From: a virus
DNA: 64,000 nucleotides
Reading direction: 5' to 3' (one strand)
Virus record (IMG/VR): IMGVR_UViG_3300037826_000038
Location: 4,766-68,765 of that record
A program made the position numbers and the translations under genes. Of this stretch, positions 63,616-64,000 are shown piece by piece. Within the stretch, counting starts at the first letter, position 1. The number at the start of each line of letters is the position of its first letter. Below the pieces are notes generated by a model. The model had not been told where the DNA came from. It saw only the letters and a list, made by a program, of their open reading frames with translations, and made no database searches.

Positions 63616-64000
63616 CCATAAAGCAATTACAGGCGGGGACCTACCCACCCCGGCGTTGGAGTTTGGCCGGGTTTGCGGAGGCCGGCAAGACCGTATTTCT
63701 CACGCAGATGGCGCGAAGTCCCATGCTGGTGATCGACGCTGATCACCGCTTTGCGGAATACCGGCACCTCGTCGAGGGAGAGAACAAGCCCCCGGTATAT
63801 GTCATGGGCCAGGGAGCCAATGACCCCCTGACGATCCTCAATGAACTGAAGGGGTTTATGCCGGGGTCTGACGTAGGGGTGATCGGGGTGGACAGTCTGA
63901 CCAGCATTTTCCAACCGGTCCTGACCGAGGGACTGGCGCGGGTTGACGCCGACGAATGGTCGTCCTCAGATATGGCCCGTAGGAAGGCCAACGTGATCCG
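63612..64000 (+). CDS. Sak4/AAA_24-like P-loop ATPase (truncated by window edge, absent from ORF track)
   Basis: MTIKQLQAG..GFAEAGKT..LVIDAD..VIGVDSLT. Confidence 0.75.
   Translation, partial: MTIKQLQAGTYPPRRWSLAGFAEAGKTVFLTQMARSPMLVIDADHRFAEYRHLVEGENKPPVYVMGQGANDPLTILNELKGFMPGSDVGVIGVDSLTSIFQPVLTEGLARVDADEWSSSDMARRKANVI

Noticed and set aside
1-64000. CRISPR array or diversity-generating retroelement
   Set aside because: No regularly spaced repeat-spacer series; no reverse transcriptase motif or adenine-specific TR/VR pair seen; the tandem repeats are in-frame coding repeats

Overview
This window is part of a tailed dsDNA phage genome with a siphovirus-type layout (tape measure, distal tail protein, no sheath), cut at both ends. 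The host is probably Chloroflexota (Anaerolineae-like); this is an inference from protein styles such as NLLTNPGFE carbohydrate-binding starts and a YLPxVxR motif. The minus strand from ~41800 to ~4900 carries the late arm: terminases, portal, head, tail, fibres and a large multidomain lysin. Accessory genes are interleaved in it: two glycosyltransferases and two sulfotransferases in the head module, a ParB/QueF-like/YhhQ deazaguanine-type cluster, an LRR protein, a CBM protein and a subtilisin. The plus strand (1-4620 and 42000-64000) carries early/middle genes: a Ycf46-type AAA ATPase with DUF1257/DUF2997-like partners, RuvC, exonuclease, ThyX, DUF5131, an SNF2-ParB-PAPS-reductase (IbrAB-like) cluster, a DenV-like glycosylase, HNH, replication initiator, DnaB, an ECF-like sigma factor and a Sak4-like ATPase. 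The strongest unannotated signals are regulatory. (i) There are nine copies of a bipartite promoter, TTRAAC-N16-GGTTTAT, most with the -35 box in a terminator loop. (ii) A repeated consensus sigma70 promoter cassette includes one copy driving the phage sigma gene. (iii) A predicted ~85-nt sRNA is complementary over 14 nt to the ribosome-binding site of the sigma gene. (iv) A ~350-nt highly structured non-coding transcript follows the sigma gene. No CRISPR array, tRNA, integrase or reverse transcriptase was seen. All product calls come from motif recognition by eye; no database searches were run.
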